A stretch of 63,966 nucleotides of DNA, filler included, from Candidatus Babelota bacterium (GTDB lineage Bacteria; JAGOBX01): NCBI GenBank assembly GCA_017999075.1. It is 10 parts of 10 records of this genome, joined end to end, with 100 filler letters (N's around TTAATTAATTAA, not from the genome) between each part and the next. Parts side by side here need not be neighbours in the genome. Positions count along the whole stretch, not along the records: positions 6,567 to 13,024 come from JAGOBX010000208.1; positions 13,125 to 19,558 come from JAGOBX010000209.1; positions 19,659 to 26,083 come from JAGOBX010000210.1; 7 more parts are not named here. One strand, given 5' to 3'. This document shows positions 9,960 through 20,459 of the stretch, one piece after another. The notes beneath the pieces are model-generated. The model was not told where the DNA came from. It ran no database searches and saw nothing but the letters and a program-made list of their open reading frames with translations. The position numbers and the translations under genes were made by a program. Each line of letters starts with the position of its first letter. Positions within the stretch are counted from its first letter, which is position 1.

Positions 9960-12479
9960 TTACAATGTAATTTCTACAGGTTTAATATTCCATATTTCCG
10001 AAGCATATTCTTTAATTGCACGGTCGCTTGAAAAAAATCCCATATTAGCGATATTTTTCAAAACCATTCTGTTCCATTTAATTTTATCTCTATAATCTTT
10101 ATCTATTCTCGAATGAGTATCGACATAAGCTTTGAAATCAGCAAGAAGAAAATACTGGTCAGGCACATTCCCGTCAAGTCCATGCATCAGTGTATCATAT
10201 AAAGGCCTGAATAAACCTGCATCCCCATTTGCAAGTTCTCCGGATTTTAACATATCTACTACCTGTTTCAATTCCAAGTTATTGTTATAATAATCCCAAG
10301 GACTGTATTTTCCGAATTTTTTAAGTTCTGCAATTTCTTCAGCTTTCAATCCGAAAATATAAATATTGTCCTGACCCACTTCATTCATTATTTCTATATT
10401 GGCTCCATCAAGAGTTCCTATTGTTAAAGCTCCATTTAACGCATATTTCATATTACCGGTACCTGAAGCTTCTTTCCCGGCTGTTGAAATCTGTTCGCTA
10501 ACATCAGACGCTGGAATTATAAGTTCAGCAAGAGATACCCTGTAATTTTCTAAAAACACCACTTTTATTTTGTCTCTTACTCTGCTGTCATTATTTATAA
10601 TATCGCCTACACTATTAATCAGTCTGATTACCAATTTTGCTAAAAAATATCCAGGAGCAGATTTTCCTGAAAACAAAAATGTGCGGGGATGAATGTCAAG
10701 ATTAGGATTTTCTTTGAGTTTATTGTAAAGATAAAGAATATGAAGAACATTTAAAAACTGACGTTTGTATTCATGCATCCGTTTTGTTTGAGAATTAAAA
10801 ATTGAATTTATGTCAACATCTATTCCATTATTTTCTTTAATATATTTCGCAAGACGGATTTTGTTATTTTTCTTTATCGAAAATAACTGCATTAAAAATT
10901 CTTTGTCATCGCTGAACTCTTCAAGTTTTTTCAACTCATATAAATCCCTAATCCACTTATCTCCAATTTTTTCAGAAATTGATTTTGCCAATTCAGGATT
11001 GTCTAACAGCAGCCACCGCCTCTGCGTAATCCCGTTTGTTTTATTATTAAACTTATCAGGATAAATTTCGTGAAATTCTTTGAAAATTTCATTTTTAATA
11101 ATTTCAGAATGCAGTTTGGCAACTCCGTTTACAGAATGAGAACCTACAATAGCCAAATTCGCCATTCTAACCTGTTTATCAGTACTTTCTTCTATAAGTG
11201 ATATTTTACTGATTTTTTCTTCACTCGGATTGAAGTCAACCCTTATTTTATTTAATATTTTAGAATTAATGTCGAATATAATCTGAAGATGACGCGGCAA
11301 TAATTTTTGAAATAAAGAAACCGGCCATTTTTCAAGAGCTTCAGGTAAAACAGTATGATTTGTAAATCCAAAAGTCTTAGTAGTCAATTCCCATGATTTA
11401 TCCCATGGCAAATTGTATTCATCAATAAAAATACGCATTAGTTCAGGAATTGCAAGAGAAGGATGGGTATCATTCAACTGAATAGCAACTTTTTCCGGAA
11501 AATGATCAAAATCCTCATAACTTTTTGAATATCTGCGTATAATATCTTTTAATGTTGCGGCAACAAAAAAATATTGTTGTTTCAATCTCAATTCTTTACC
11601 TTCATAAATATTATCATTAGGATAAAGAACCCTTGATATATTTTCTGAATAATTTTTATCTTCAACTGCCCTAACATAATCTCCATGATTGAATATTTTC
11701 AAATCAAACTGTTTTGAAGAACGGGCTGCCCACAAACGCAATGTATTAACTGTGTTGTTGCCATAACCTATTATAGGTATATCATAAGGTATAGCTGTAA
11801 CCTGTCTGGTATTCTGCCATTTATGTTTAGTGTTTCCAAATTCATCTTTATATTTTACAACTTCGCCGAAAAAATTTACAGGTTCAGAATATTCCGGTCT
11901 TTCTATTTCCCAAGGATAACCGTATTGAAGCCAAAATTCAGGTTCTTCTACCTGCTGGCTATTTATTATATGCTGATTGAAAATCCCGAATTCATACCTG
12001 ATTCCGTATCCGTAACCAGGCAATCCTAATGTCGCCATTGAATCGAGAAAACAAGCAGCCAATCTTCCAAGACCTCCGTTTCCTAATCCTGCATCTGATT
12101 CCTGTTCAATGATTTTTTTAAAATCATACCCGAAATTTTTTATAACATATTTAGTTTCCTTAATTATATTCATATTTATAATATTATTAAGTATTACTCT
12201 GCCCAGAAGAAATTCCAAAGATAAATAATACGCACGTTTTGCATCTTTATTATAATAAGCCTGCTGCGTTTTGGCCCAACGTTCAACCATTCTGTCTCTT
12301 ACTGCAAGAGCCAGACTTAAATATTTGTCATAATCAGTTGCCAAAAATTCTTCTTTGGCGCGAGTATAATGCAAATGATTGGTTATAGATAATCTTAACC
12401 CGTCAGTATCCATTTTTTTACGGTATGAACTCAATAATTCTTTACATACCTGAGGTTCTTTTTCATTTTTTTCAGTCAT
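9960..12479 (-). CDS. glgP: Glycogen/starch/alpha-glucan phosphorylase
   Basis: GLGNGGLGRLAACFLDS, QLNDTHP, TNHTVLPEALE, KRMHEYKRQ and EASGTGNMK (PLP lysine). Start placed at ATG 12479 behind a GGAGG RBS rather than 12518. Confidence 0.97.
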   Translation of the reverse strand: MTEKNEKEPQVCKELLSSYRKKMDTDGLRLSITNHLHYTRAKEEFLATDYDKYLSLALAVRDRMVERWAKTQQAYYNKDAKRAYYLSLEFLLGRVILNNIINMNIIKETKYVIKNFGYDFKKIIEQESDAGLGNGGLGRLAACFLDSMATLGLPGYGYGIRYEFGIFNQHIINSQQVEEPEFWLQYGYPWEIERPEYSEPVNFFGEVVKYKDEFGNTKHKWQNTRQVTAIPYDIPIIGYGNNTVNTLRLWAARSSKQFDLKIFNHGDYVRAVEDKNYSENISRVLYPNDNIYEGKELRLKQQYFFVAATLKDIIRRYSKSYEDFDHFPEKVAIQLNDTHPSLAIPELMRIFIDEYNLPWDKSWELTTKTFGFTNHTVLPEALEKWPVSLFQKLLPRHLQIIFDINSKILNKIRVDFNPSEEKISKISLIEESTDKQVRMANLAIVGSHSVNGVAKLHSEIIKNEIFKEFHEIYPDKFNNKTNGITQRRWLLLDNPELAKSISEKIGDKWIRDLYELKKLEEFSDDKEFLMQLFSIKKNNKIRLAKYIKENNGIDVDINSIFNSQTKRMHEYKRQFLNVLHILYLYNKLKENPNLDIHPRTFLFSGKSAPGYFLAKLVIRLINSVGDIINNDSRVRDKIKVVFLENYRVSLAELIIPASDVSEQISTAGKEASGTGNMKYALNGALTIGTLDGANIEIMNEVGQDNIYIFGLKAEEIAELKKFGKYSPWDYYNNNLELKQVVDMLKSGELANGDAGLFRPLYDTLMHGLDGNVPDQYFLLADFKAYVDTHSRIDKDYRDKIKWNRMVLKNIANMGFFSSDRAIKEYASEIWNIKPVEITL

Positions 12480-12979
12480 ACTTAGCCTCCCATTTAACAA
12501 TTTATATATTATATTCAATCATAAAAATATTTAGCCAACCGGCCCTTTTTATTCAATGCTATATAATTTTGCAGATTTTTAAGAAAAAAACAAGGCAAAA
12601 TTAAATAATTTGTAAAATATTAAATTATTTTTTTTTGGGACATTTATCATTTTTTAATTTTTTGTTGATAATTAGCGGAATCGGAAATGTAAAAAAAGCA
12701 TTAAAAAAATTTGAATACAAACCTTTAACTGTAAAGAATTTCACCAGTCGCTTAAAAAAATATGCGCCCACCGAAACAAAAAAATATATTGATAGTATTT
12801 CACTTAAGCAGGAAAAATACAAGGCAATGTAGTTAGTGTGAAAGCTGAATGACCTTGATTTAGGAGATACCGAAACTATTATATATTTTACAGACAGCCA
12901 ATGGAATTGTTCACAAAATACAGGGATATATTTTTTTACAAAATCAACTTGTTGTTTATCAATATATAAATTATGTAAA

Positions 12980-13016
12980 AAATGGCAGAACTGCCAGAAT
13001 GGCAAAACTGCCATTT
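12980..13016. repeat. Tandem pair of TGGCA-N4-TGCCA palindromes
   Basis: aatggcagaactgccag followed by aatggcaaaactgccat (17-bp period); the whole 37 bp is a near-palindrome. Confidence 0.7.
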
Positions 13017-13124
13017 AGAAACATNNNNNNNNNNNNNNNNNNNNNNNNNNNNNNNNNNNNNNNNNNNNTTAATTAATTAANNNNNNNNNNNNNNNNNNNN
13101 NNNNNNNNNNNNNNNNNNNNNNNN

Positions 13125-15358
13125 AAAAACTGAATACAACTGCGATAAAAAAACTGAATAATGAGAAAGCAGAACTCATCAAGAAAGTGGCTGAACTTGA
13201 AAATTCAAACAAATCCGCCAACACGAAAATTGCCGAAGAAAAAAATGCGCTCGCTAAAAAAATCGACGAACTTGAAAAACTGAATACAACTTCGATAAAA
13301 AAACTTAATGATGAGAAAGCAGTTTTAGAAAAAAAATATTCCGATTTGGAAAAAGAACTTTCTAATATTAAACTTAAAAATACAGACGAAATCAAAACAT
13401 TAACTCAAAAACTCAATTCCGCAGAACAGGAAATCAAAACATTAACTCAAAAGCTTACCAATTCAAACGAAAACATTTCAAAAAATTCTTCTGAATTGGA
13501 ACAATTAAAACATCAAAAATCCAAATTGGAAGAAACCATATCAGTATTTGAAAAAACAAATGCACAAATAAAAAGGGAAAATGAAAAATTATCGGCAAAA
13601 ATATCCGATTTGACAACTAAACAAAAAGATTATGAAGAATCTTCTGTTTCTTTGAAAATGCAGTACAAAAAATTGGAATCCGAAAAAAAACAACTCGAAG
13701 AAGGATTAAAAAATTATGAATCCAGCGTAAAAATTCTAACAGATGATAAAAATCAATTATCAAAAAAAAATCAGGATATAAGTTTAAAACTTAAAGAGTC
13801 AGAAACAGTTCAGAATTCTTTAAATGAACAGATAAAAAACGCAGAGTCAGAAAAAAAAGAGAATAAAATTAAATTAACAGGATTAGAAACAGAAATTGTT
13901 TCATTAAAATCAGCTAATTCTAAATTAATTGAAGAAAAACAGAATGTTGAAAAAAAAATATTCGACAGGGAAAACGAATTGAAATCCAATACGATACAAA
14001 TCTCGGAATTAACAAAGTCTTTAACAAAATCTGCAGAAGATTTAAATGTTGTAAAATCACAAAAACAGCAGCTTGAAGAAAGTCTTAAAAATTATGAAAA
14101 AAGCACATCACAACTTATTTCAGAGCGCAATTCTCTTGCTCAGGATAAAAATAATCTTATACAGGATAAAAACAATCTGTTGTCAGAAAAATCTGTTATT
14201 GAAAACAAATTTAAATCAGCGGAGGCTAAATTTTCAGAAATTTCGAGTGAATATAATACTTTAAAAAAATCTTATGAAGATTTATCAAGCCAGATATCTA
14301 AATATAAATCAGATTATCAAACATTATCGTTAAAACTCCAGGATTCTGAAAAAAGCAAAAATGAACTTGAAGGTTTGTTTAAACAACAATCTTCGGAACT
14401 AACAAAACTCAAAACTGATTATACTGCATTACTTGATGAAATGAAAATTAAAATAGAAAAAATTTCTATTGTAGCCGACCAGTTTAAAGAAGAAAATTCT
14501 TTGTTAAAAAAACAATATGAAACTATGGAACAAAAATATAAAAATCAGAATTATTTGAATGAAGAAAAAATCAAAGATTTGGAATCAAGATTGTCTTCAA
14601 AAGAAAATGAAATAATCAGGATGTCTCAGGAACTCGAATCACAATTAAAAATTGTTCATAACACTCATACTGTAGTTTCTGATTTAAACAAATCATTAAT
14701 TGAAACTAAAAATGAACTGAACAAATTACAAATACTTTATGAACAAAAAAAACAGGATAACATAGTATTAACAAATGAAATAAGTGAAAAAACTAAAAAT
14801 TACCTTGATATAGAATCAAAACTTAATGCAGCTCTTCAAGAAGTCGAACTTCATAAATCCGCTTCAAATAAATTAAGTTCATCAATTGCTTCTGTATCAA
14901 CAGAATTATCAAAAATAACATCTGAAAACAGTGATTTACGCAAATCAATTTTATTAAACGAAGAAAATTCAAAACAGCTTTCTGCAAAATTAGCAGAAAA
15001 GGATAATTTTATAGTAAAATATAATGACGAAATATCTTCATTGAAATTACAGTTAAATTCTCTCAAATCTGATTTAGAAATAAAAACTGATTTAATCGAA
15101 AAATCTCCTGAAAAATCAAAAATAGTAAATGATTTTGAAAAACAAGTAAAAAAAATGAGCGAGGAATTAAAGCAGTATTCTTCCGATAATTCAGCATTAA
15201 AAGAAAAATTAAAAAAACTCGAAAATGATTATAACACAACAAAAAAATCTCTAGAAGAAAAAGATACTGCAGTTAAATCCTTAGAAAAATTAAATAAAAA
15301 TCTAAAAAGAGAGTTAGAATTAACGCTAATGGAACTAAATAAAATAAAAGGGGAATAA
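13125..15358 (+). CDS. Very long coiled-coil protein, 5'-truncated
   Basis: More than 740 aa of K/E/L/S/N heptad-like sequence with no globular motif; frame open from the contig start; internal repeats. Confidence 0.85.
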
Positions 15359-15587
15359 TTTTTATTTTTGAATTAAATTTGTTTAAATAATCCGTCGAAA
15401 TACGGTACGTTTATTAATAGAAAAATGACAAATCTAATAATACTTATACAAATTTTTATATTTTTTCAGAACTGAATCTCATTTATTTTACAGTTTAATT
15501 CAAGGCATATACAAACATACGCATAAATTTTATACAAGTAAATTATAAACGGTATTTTTTCATATTAGCGATTGGAGAGCTTAGTTA

Positions 15588-16358
15588 ATGGAACAGTCTA
15601 AAGTTATTTTAGCCATAAAACAAATTGCAGCAAGTTCAGATCCTGAAAAAATTGATAAACTACAAAAGATTATAAAAAACAGGCATTATAATGATAATAT
15701 ACGGGCTCAATGTATAATTGAACTCGGCAATTTGAAATCGCATATAAGTTTTAGATTTTTAATTAATCAATTAAAAGATCCTGAAGAAACATTAAAAGAA
15801 GAAGTAGTATGGTCGATCGGAGAATTAAAAAATCCTCAGGCATACAACGAATTAAAAATTTTGTTAACTGATAAAGATGCTTCTGCAGATTTGCGGATAG
15901 CTACAGCTCTGGCGCTATACAACATGGGTTACAAAAAAGAAGTAGAGACAATCTTAAATATGCTTAGAAACAAATATAAAAGAAAAAAGAAACCTTCAAA
16001 AGAAATTAAACCTACTTTTCTTGAAATCGAAAATCCTATTCCTTATATTGAATATAAAACTTATACCGTAATAATTTTAATAGGCAGAATAACAGAAGAA
16101 CATATAGAACGGCTTATTCAAACCATAAATTTTTTAAAAGCAAAAAATCCTGAAAAAAAATATTACCTTGATTTATCTGAATCTGACGAATTCAGGCTCC
16201 AGCAATTAAAAATATTATTTCAGTATTCTCAGGCAAACCCAAATTTTTTCAATAATGTTACTTTTATTTCTAATAACGAAAAAATCATAAATTTGATTAA
16301 AGAAAGCGGCTTTTTCAAAACATCTCCAATTATTAAGGAATTACACCATAATGATTAA
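15588..16358 (+). CDS. HEAT-repeat protein with a STAS-like C-terminal domain
   Basis: IRAQCIIELGNL, LKEEVVWSIGEL and LRIATALALY HEAT repeats; C-terminal IILIGRITEE...YYLDLSESDEF resembles the STAS fold. Confidence 0.65.
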   Translation: MEQSKVILAIKQIAASSDPEKIDKLQKIIKNRHYNDNIRAQCIIELGNLKSHISFRFLINQLKDPEETLKEEVVWSIGELKNPQAYNELKILLTDKDASADLRIATALALYNMGYKKEVETILNMLRNKYKRKKKPSKEIKPTFLEIENPIPYIEYKTYTVIILIGRITEEHIERLIQTINFLKAKNPEKKYYLDLSESDEFRLQQLKILFQYSQANPNFFNNVTFISNNEKIINLIKESGFFKTSPIIKELHHND

Positions 16359-18648
16359 TTTTAAAGAAGTTCTTAATAATGAACAATACCAGGCTGTTAC
16401 GCACAAAGACGGTCCAATGTTAATTTTTGCCGGAGCAGGAAGCGGCAAAACCAGGGTAATAACTTATAGAATTTATAATTTAGTAGAAAAGGAAGGGGTT
16501 AATCCCGGGTTAATTCTTGCAGTAACTTTTACAAATAAAGCTGCAGAAGAAATGAGAAACAGAGTTGAACAATTACTGGGCTATAAATCTTATGTCACTG
16601 TAAGCACTTTCCATTCTTTAGGTCTCAAAATTTTAAAATATTACGGCAAAGAGATAGGAATAAAATCCGGATTTGTAATTTACGATGATGACGATCAGGA
16701 ACAACTTATAAAAAAAATTTTAAAAAAAACAAATATTGACATAAAAGAATTTAAACCTTCAGCATATCAAAATAAATTTAACAGATTCAAGGATAATCTA
16801 TATACAATAGATTTGCTTAAAAACAATTCTGATTTAATAACTTTGCCTTCAGAATTAGAAATTTTCGAAGAATACGAACGTCAAAAATCAAATGCTAATG
16901 CTCTTGACTTTGCGGATTTAATTTATAAAACAGTCGAATTATTAAAACAGGAAACACCTTCCGTAAATTATCTTAAATCCAGGTATAATTATGTGATGGT
17001 AGATGAATTTCAAGATACAAATTTATCCCAATACACATTATTAAAATTGTTGTGCGCGAAACATAATAATATATGTGTAGTTGGCGACGATGATCAAAGC
17101 ATATATTCATGGCGCGGAGCTATGATGATGAATATACTTAATTTTGAAAAAGATTTCAAAAATACAAGGACTATTAAACTTGAACAGAATTACAGATCAA
17201 CACAAAAAATTCTTGAAATATCAAATTTAATTGTAAAAAACAACAAAATACGCGCTGAAAAAACTTTATTTTCCACACGTAAATTCGGAGTCCCGCCTGT
17301 AATAAAATCTTTATACAACGATTATGAAGAAGCCGAGTATATAGCCGAAAAAATTATAGAATTAAAAAAATCAGAAAAATATGATTATCATGATTTTGCA
17401 ATTTTTTTCCGAACAAACAATCAGTCCCGAATCTTCGAAGAAAAATTAAGGGAATACAGGATTCCGCACCTTGTAATCGGAGCTATAAGTTTTTACAACA
17501 GAAAAGAAATAAAAGATTTGACAGCATATCTAAAATTCATTACCAATCCTGACGATACAATAAGTTTACAGCGTATTATAAATATGCCTAAACGAAATAT
17601 CGGGGACGCCACATTAGAAAAAATTTTAACGGTAGCGGCGGCGCAAAATACAAGCGCGTATAAAATTATTTCCAATATAGACAATTTCAACGAATTTAAT
17701 TCAGGGACAAAACTTAAACTTAAAAATTTTTCAATGCAAATGCAGCCGTTTATAGAACGGGCATTAAATGAAACAGCAGATACATTATTGACTGATTTGG
17801 TTGAAGAAATCCAATATCGGGATATCATGGAAAATTCCGAGGATGTAAGGGATAATGCGAGAGTAGATAACATTAATGAGTTTATTAATTCTGCCTGCGA
17901 ATTTGTACGCAAAAATTCCGAATTTGAAAATAATGAAATAGAATCCGATATTGATTTTGACAATAAAAGCTTCACAGGAACTAAAACATCGGATTTTCTT
18001 GAGAAAATAATGTTATTCAGTGAAACAGATAAAATCGACAGTTCAAAAAATTATGTCAGCATTATGACATACCATTGCGCAAAAGGTCTTGAATTTCCAG
18101 TAGTATTTATGGTAGGAATTGAAGAAGAAATACTTCCTCATTATAATGCATTATCTTCTGAAGACGATTCACGGCTCGAAGAAGAACGAAGATTATGTTA
18201 TGTGGGAATAACCCGGGCCAAAGACATAATATATTTAACTCACGCCATGCAGAGATATAAATTCGGAGATATTGTGTATCCAAAAATTTCAAGATTTATT
18301 CTCGAAGCGTTTCCAGAATATATCCCTGATTACAAAAAATCAGGCATTTCAAAATTTCCCGCAAAAAACACAAGCACTTTTGAAAAAAGTTATGCCAATA
18401 ATTTTTCAAGATCAACCGGAACCACAAGATTCTCACGAGAAAAAAATTATGACGCACAAAATTATAATGAAATTCAGACAAAAAGAGATCCCAAACAAAT
18501 AAAAGAAAATGTTAAAGTAATTCATCCTAAATTCGGTCCCGGAAAAATTTTATGGGTAAACGAAACAGGGGATAAAATCAAAGTATCTTTTCCAAAAGTC
18601 GGAATCAAACTTCTGGCTACAGAATTTGCAAATTTAAAAATTTTATAG
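16351..18648 (+). CDS. pcrA: ATP-dependent DNA helicase PcrA/UvrD
   Basis: AGAGSGKT, TFTNKAA, VDEFQDTN, VGDDDQSIYSWRGA, LEQNYRST, HCAKGLEF, EERRLCYVGITRA and C-terminal VIHPKFGPG Tudor-like domain. Confidence 0.95.
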   Translation: MINFKEVLNNEQYQAVTHKDGPMLIFAGAGSGKTRVITYRIYNLVEKEGVNPGLILAVTFTNKAAEEMRNRVEQLLGYKSYVTVSTFHSLGLKILKYYGKEIGIKSGFVIYDDDDQEQLIKKILKKTNIDIKEFKPSAYQNKFNRFKDNLYTIDLLKNNSDLITLPSELEIFEEYERQKSNANALDFADLIYKTVELLKQETPSVNYLKSRYNYVMVDEFQDTNLSQYTLLKLLCAKHNNICVVGDDDQSIYSWRGAMMMNILNFEKDFKNTRTIKLEQNYRSTQKILEISNLIVKNNKIRAEKTLFSTRKFGVPPVIKSLYNDYEEAEYIAEKIIELKKSEKYDYHDFAIFFRTNNQSRIFEEKLREYRIPHLVIGAISFYNRKEIKDLTAYLKFITNPDDTISLQRIINMPKRNIGDATLEKILTVAAAQNTSAYKIISNIDNFNEFNSGTKLKLKNFSMQMQPFIERALNETADTLLTDLVEEIQYRDIMENSEDVRDNARVDNINEFINSACEFVRKNSEFENNEIESDIDFDNKSFTGTKTSDFLEKIMLFSETDKIDSSKNYVSIMTYHCAKGLEFPVVFMVGIEEEILPHYNALSSEDDSRLEEERRLCYVGITRAKDIIYLTHAMQRYKFGDIVYPKISRFILEAFPEYIPDYKKSGISKFPAKNTSTFEKSYANNFSRSTGTTRFSREKNYDAQNYNEIQTKRDPKQIKENVKVIHPKFGPGKILWVNETGDKIKVSFPKVGIKLLATEFANLKIL

Positions 18649-18670
18649 TATTTTTATTACGGAAATATAT

Positions 18671-19558
18671 ATGAAAAAATATTGGTTTAAAATTTATTCG
18701 ATATTTATTCTATTTATTTTAAATTTTTATACGGCAAATGCTGAAATCACATTTTCGGATTTACAGAAAATTTATCCTAAAAATTTAAAAAATATATCTG
18801 TTCCGGCATCGAACTTTATTTCTGAGTATTCCGCAAAATATAATAAAACAGTAGAAATTGATACTGTATATTATTATGCTGATAATTTTAAAATTTACGG
18901 ACTACTTTACAAACCATTAAAAAAGAAAGCAAACGCAGGAATAGTTATCGCTCACGGTTATTATCCCGCAGAAACATATTTCCAGGGACAAGGCACATTT
19001 TCCACAGGCGTAAAACTGGCGGAAGAAGGATTTATAGTTATCATACCTGATTACAGGGGGTATTATAAATCAGAGGGAGGAAACTCTTATCCCTACCCTG
19101 GAGAAAGTATAGATATAATAGCAGCGGCAAAAACTCTTGAACAAAAATATAAGCTGAAAAATATATATCTAATCGGTTACAGTTGGGGTGGAGGTATAGC
19201 AGCGACTGCCGCGGAAATATCTGCAGTATTTGACAAACTCGTTTTGTACTATCCGCAACTTGGAGGAGTTGAAATAAACCCCCGGGAATTTTCAATGTTA
19301 AAAAATCACCCTCAACTTAAATTCACTGGCAGGCAGATTATAGAATTTTTCGAAAACAAATCACCGTTATATAATTCAAATCTTATAAATATTCCGACAT
19401 TAGTTTTTCACGGAAAAAACGATACAACGGTAAAACCAGAACAATCGGAAAAACTCGCAGAACTAATGAAAAAATCAGGAAAAAATATTGAATTAATAAT
19501 TTATAACGATTACAGGCATGCATTTGCAGACGGTCCTGATAATAAAAGCTGGAAAAAA
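18671..19558 (+). CDS. Secreted alpha/beta hydrolase (S9 peptidase-like), 3'-truncated
   Basis: Signal peptide, PDYRG, GYSWGG nucleophile elbow, FHGKND and HAF catalytic His region. Confidence 0.85.
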
Positions 19559-19658
19559 NNNNNNNNNNNNNNNNNNNNNNNNNNNNNNNNNNNNNNNNNN
19601 NNTTAATTAATTAANNNNNNNNNNNNNNNNNNNNNNNNNNNNNNNNNNNNNNNNNNNN

Positions 19659-19775
19659 AATAAGACCAATTATGTCTGGAAGATGAAATTTTCTTGCTGA
19701 TAAAGGGGCTATCAGCACTATCAACATTACTAATGCGAATATTAAAACAGGATCCTGAACAGGTAAAATGATCAT
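19659..19775 (-). CDS. Cation:proton antiporter (CPA2-like), N-terminal fragment at the contig edge
   Basis: Not in the ORF track. MIILPVQDPVLIFALVMLIVLIAPLSARKFHLPDIIGLI matches the start of Na+/H+ or K+/H+ exchanger family proteins. Confidence 0.7.
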
Positions 19776-19804
19776 AAAATTTTTGGTATACTTTATTTTA
19801 ATAA

Positions 19805-19833
19805 AGTTTACTTAACTGCAATGATTTTGTCAA
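19805..19833 (-). promoter_or_regulatory. Sigma70-type promoter for the antiporter
   Basis: TTGACA-17 bp-TAAACT on the minus strand. Confidence 0.55.
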
Positions 19834-19919
19834 ATGTTTTTACGAATAAAAAATAAATTTGTTCAAATTATTATTGAAAATTTAGTAATAATAAATTGAA
19901 TAATTTGTTATGGTGATTA

Positions 19920-20190
19920 ATAAGAGGAGGGCGGCCTGATGTATTGAGAGTTTCACACAATGTCAGACCGCCCGTATTAACTCGAACCCAAGCACGTACT
20001 GATGATCTGTCTACAATATAACAACTTATCAGATCATAGTAATAAAACCTGAAAACCAGTAACCTTAAAATAAGAAAACTTAAATAAGAACATCCCTAAA
20101 AGTACCAGAAAACAAGTAACCCAGAAACGAGTAACCTATAAAAAACTGAGAATGTAACTTAATAACTACAATCAGTTATTTAAGTTACAC
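19920..20190 (-). ncRNA. Candidate structured small RNA of about 270 nt
   Basis: Starts just downstream of a TTGACA-17-TATATT promoter; hairpins at 20153-20189, 19997-20041 and 19929-19973 (GC-rich); three GGTTACTNGTTT(T)C repeats; no credible ORF. Confidence 0.6.
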
Positions 20191-20194
20191 TTTT

Positions 20195-20263
20195 AATATA
20201 GCAAATATAAATTGAGTTGTCAATGCCTAATTATATAATATAATTCTAATCTTTTATTGTCAA
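20195..20263 (-). promoter_or_regulatory. Tandem sigma70 promoters 40 bp apart
   Basis: TTGACA(20263-20258)-17-TATTAT(20240-20235) and TTGACA(20223-20218)-17-TATATT(20200-20195). Confidence 0.7.
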
Positions 20264-20459
20264 TGTTTTAAAAAATAGGGTTCTATTGTATTAGTAAATT
20301 ATTTTTTTAATATATGTATATATTATATTTTTTTAGAAAAATTTACTGCTTATCAATATATCAATTTTGTAAAAAAACGAAATATTTTTTGATTAAAAAA
20401 ATGTTTAGTTATTCAAAACATTAAAATCCAATTGTGTCAATTGAAAACCTGATGAATTT

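Noticed and set aside
12625-13014. Overlapping short ORFs (12625-13014 minus, 12635-12832 plus) upstream of glgP
   Set aside because: No RBS or family motif that I can recognise; may be a decayed gene but cannot be supported.
13069-13395. ORFs ending in X-runs or LIN (also 19606, 26131, 45609, 52095 ends)
   Set aside because: Their ends are produced by the linker; true genes were trimmed to contig edges.
19921-19947. Plus-strand AAGAGGAGG followed by ATG TAT TGA as a leader peptide
   Set aside because: Only two codons, embedded in the hairpin, and the clear promoters point the other way.
20048-20137. The GGTTAC repeats as a mini-CRISPR or type III antitoxin array
   Set aside because: Repeats are short, irregularly spaced, lack spacers of constant length, and no cas or toxin gene is adjacent.
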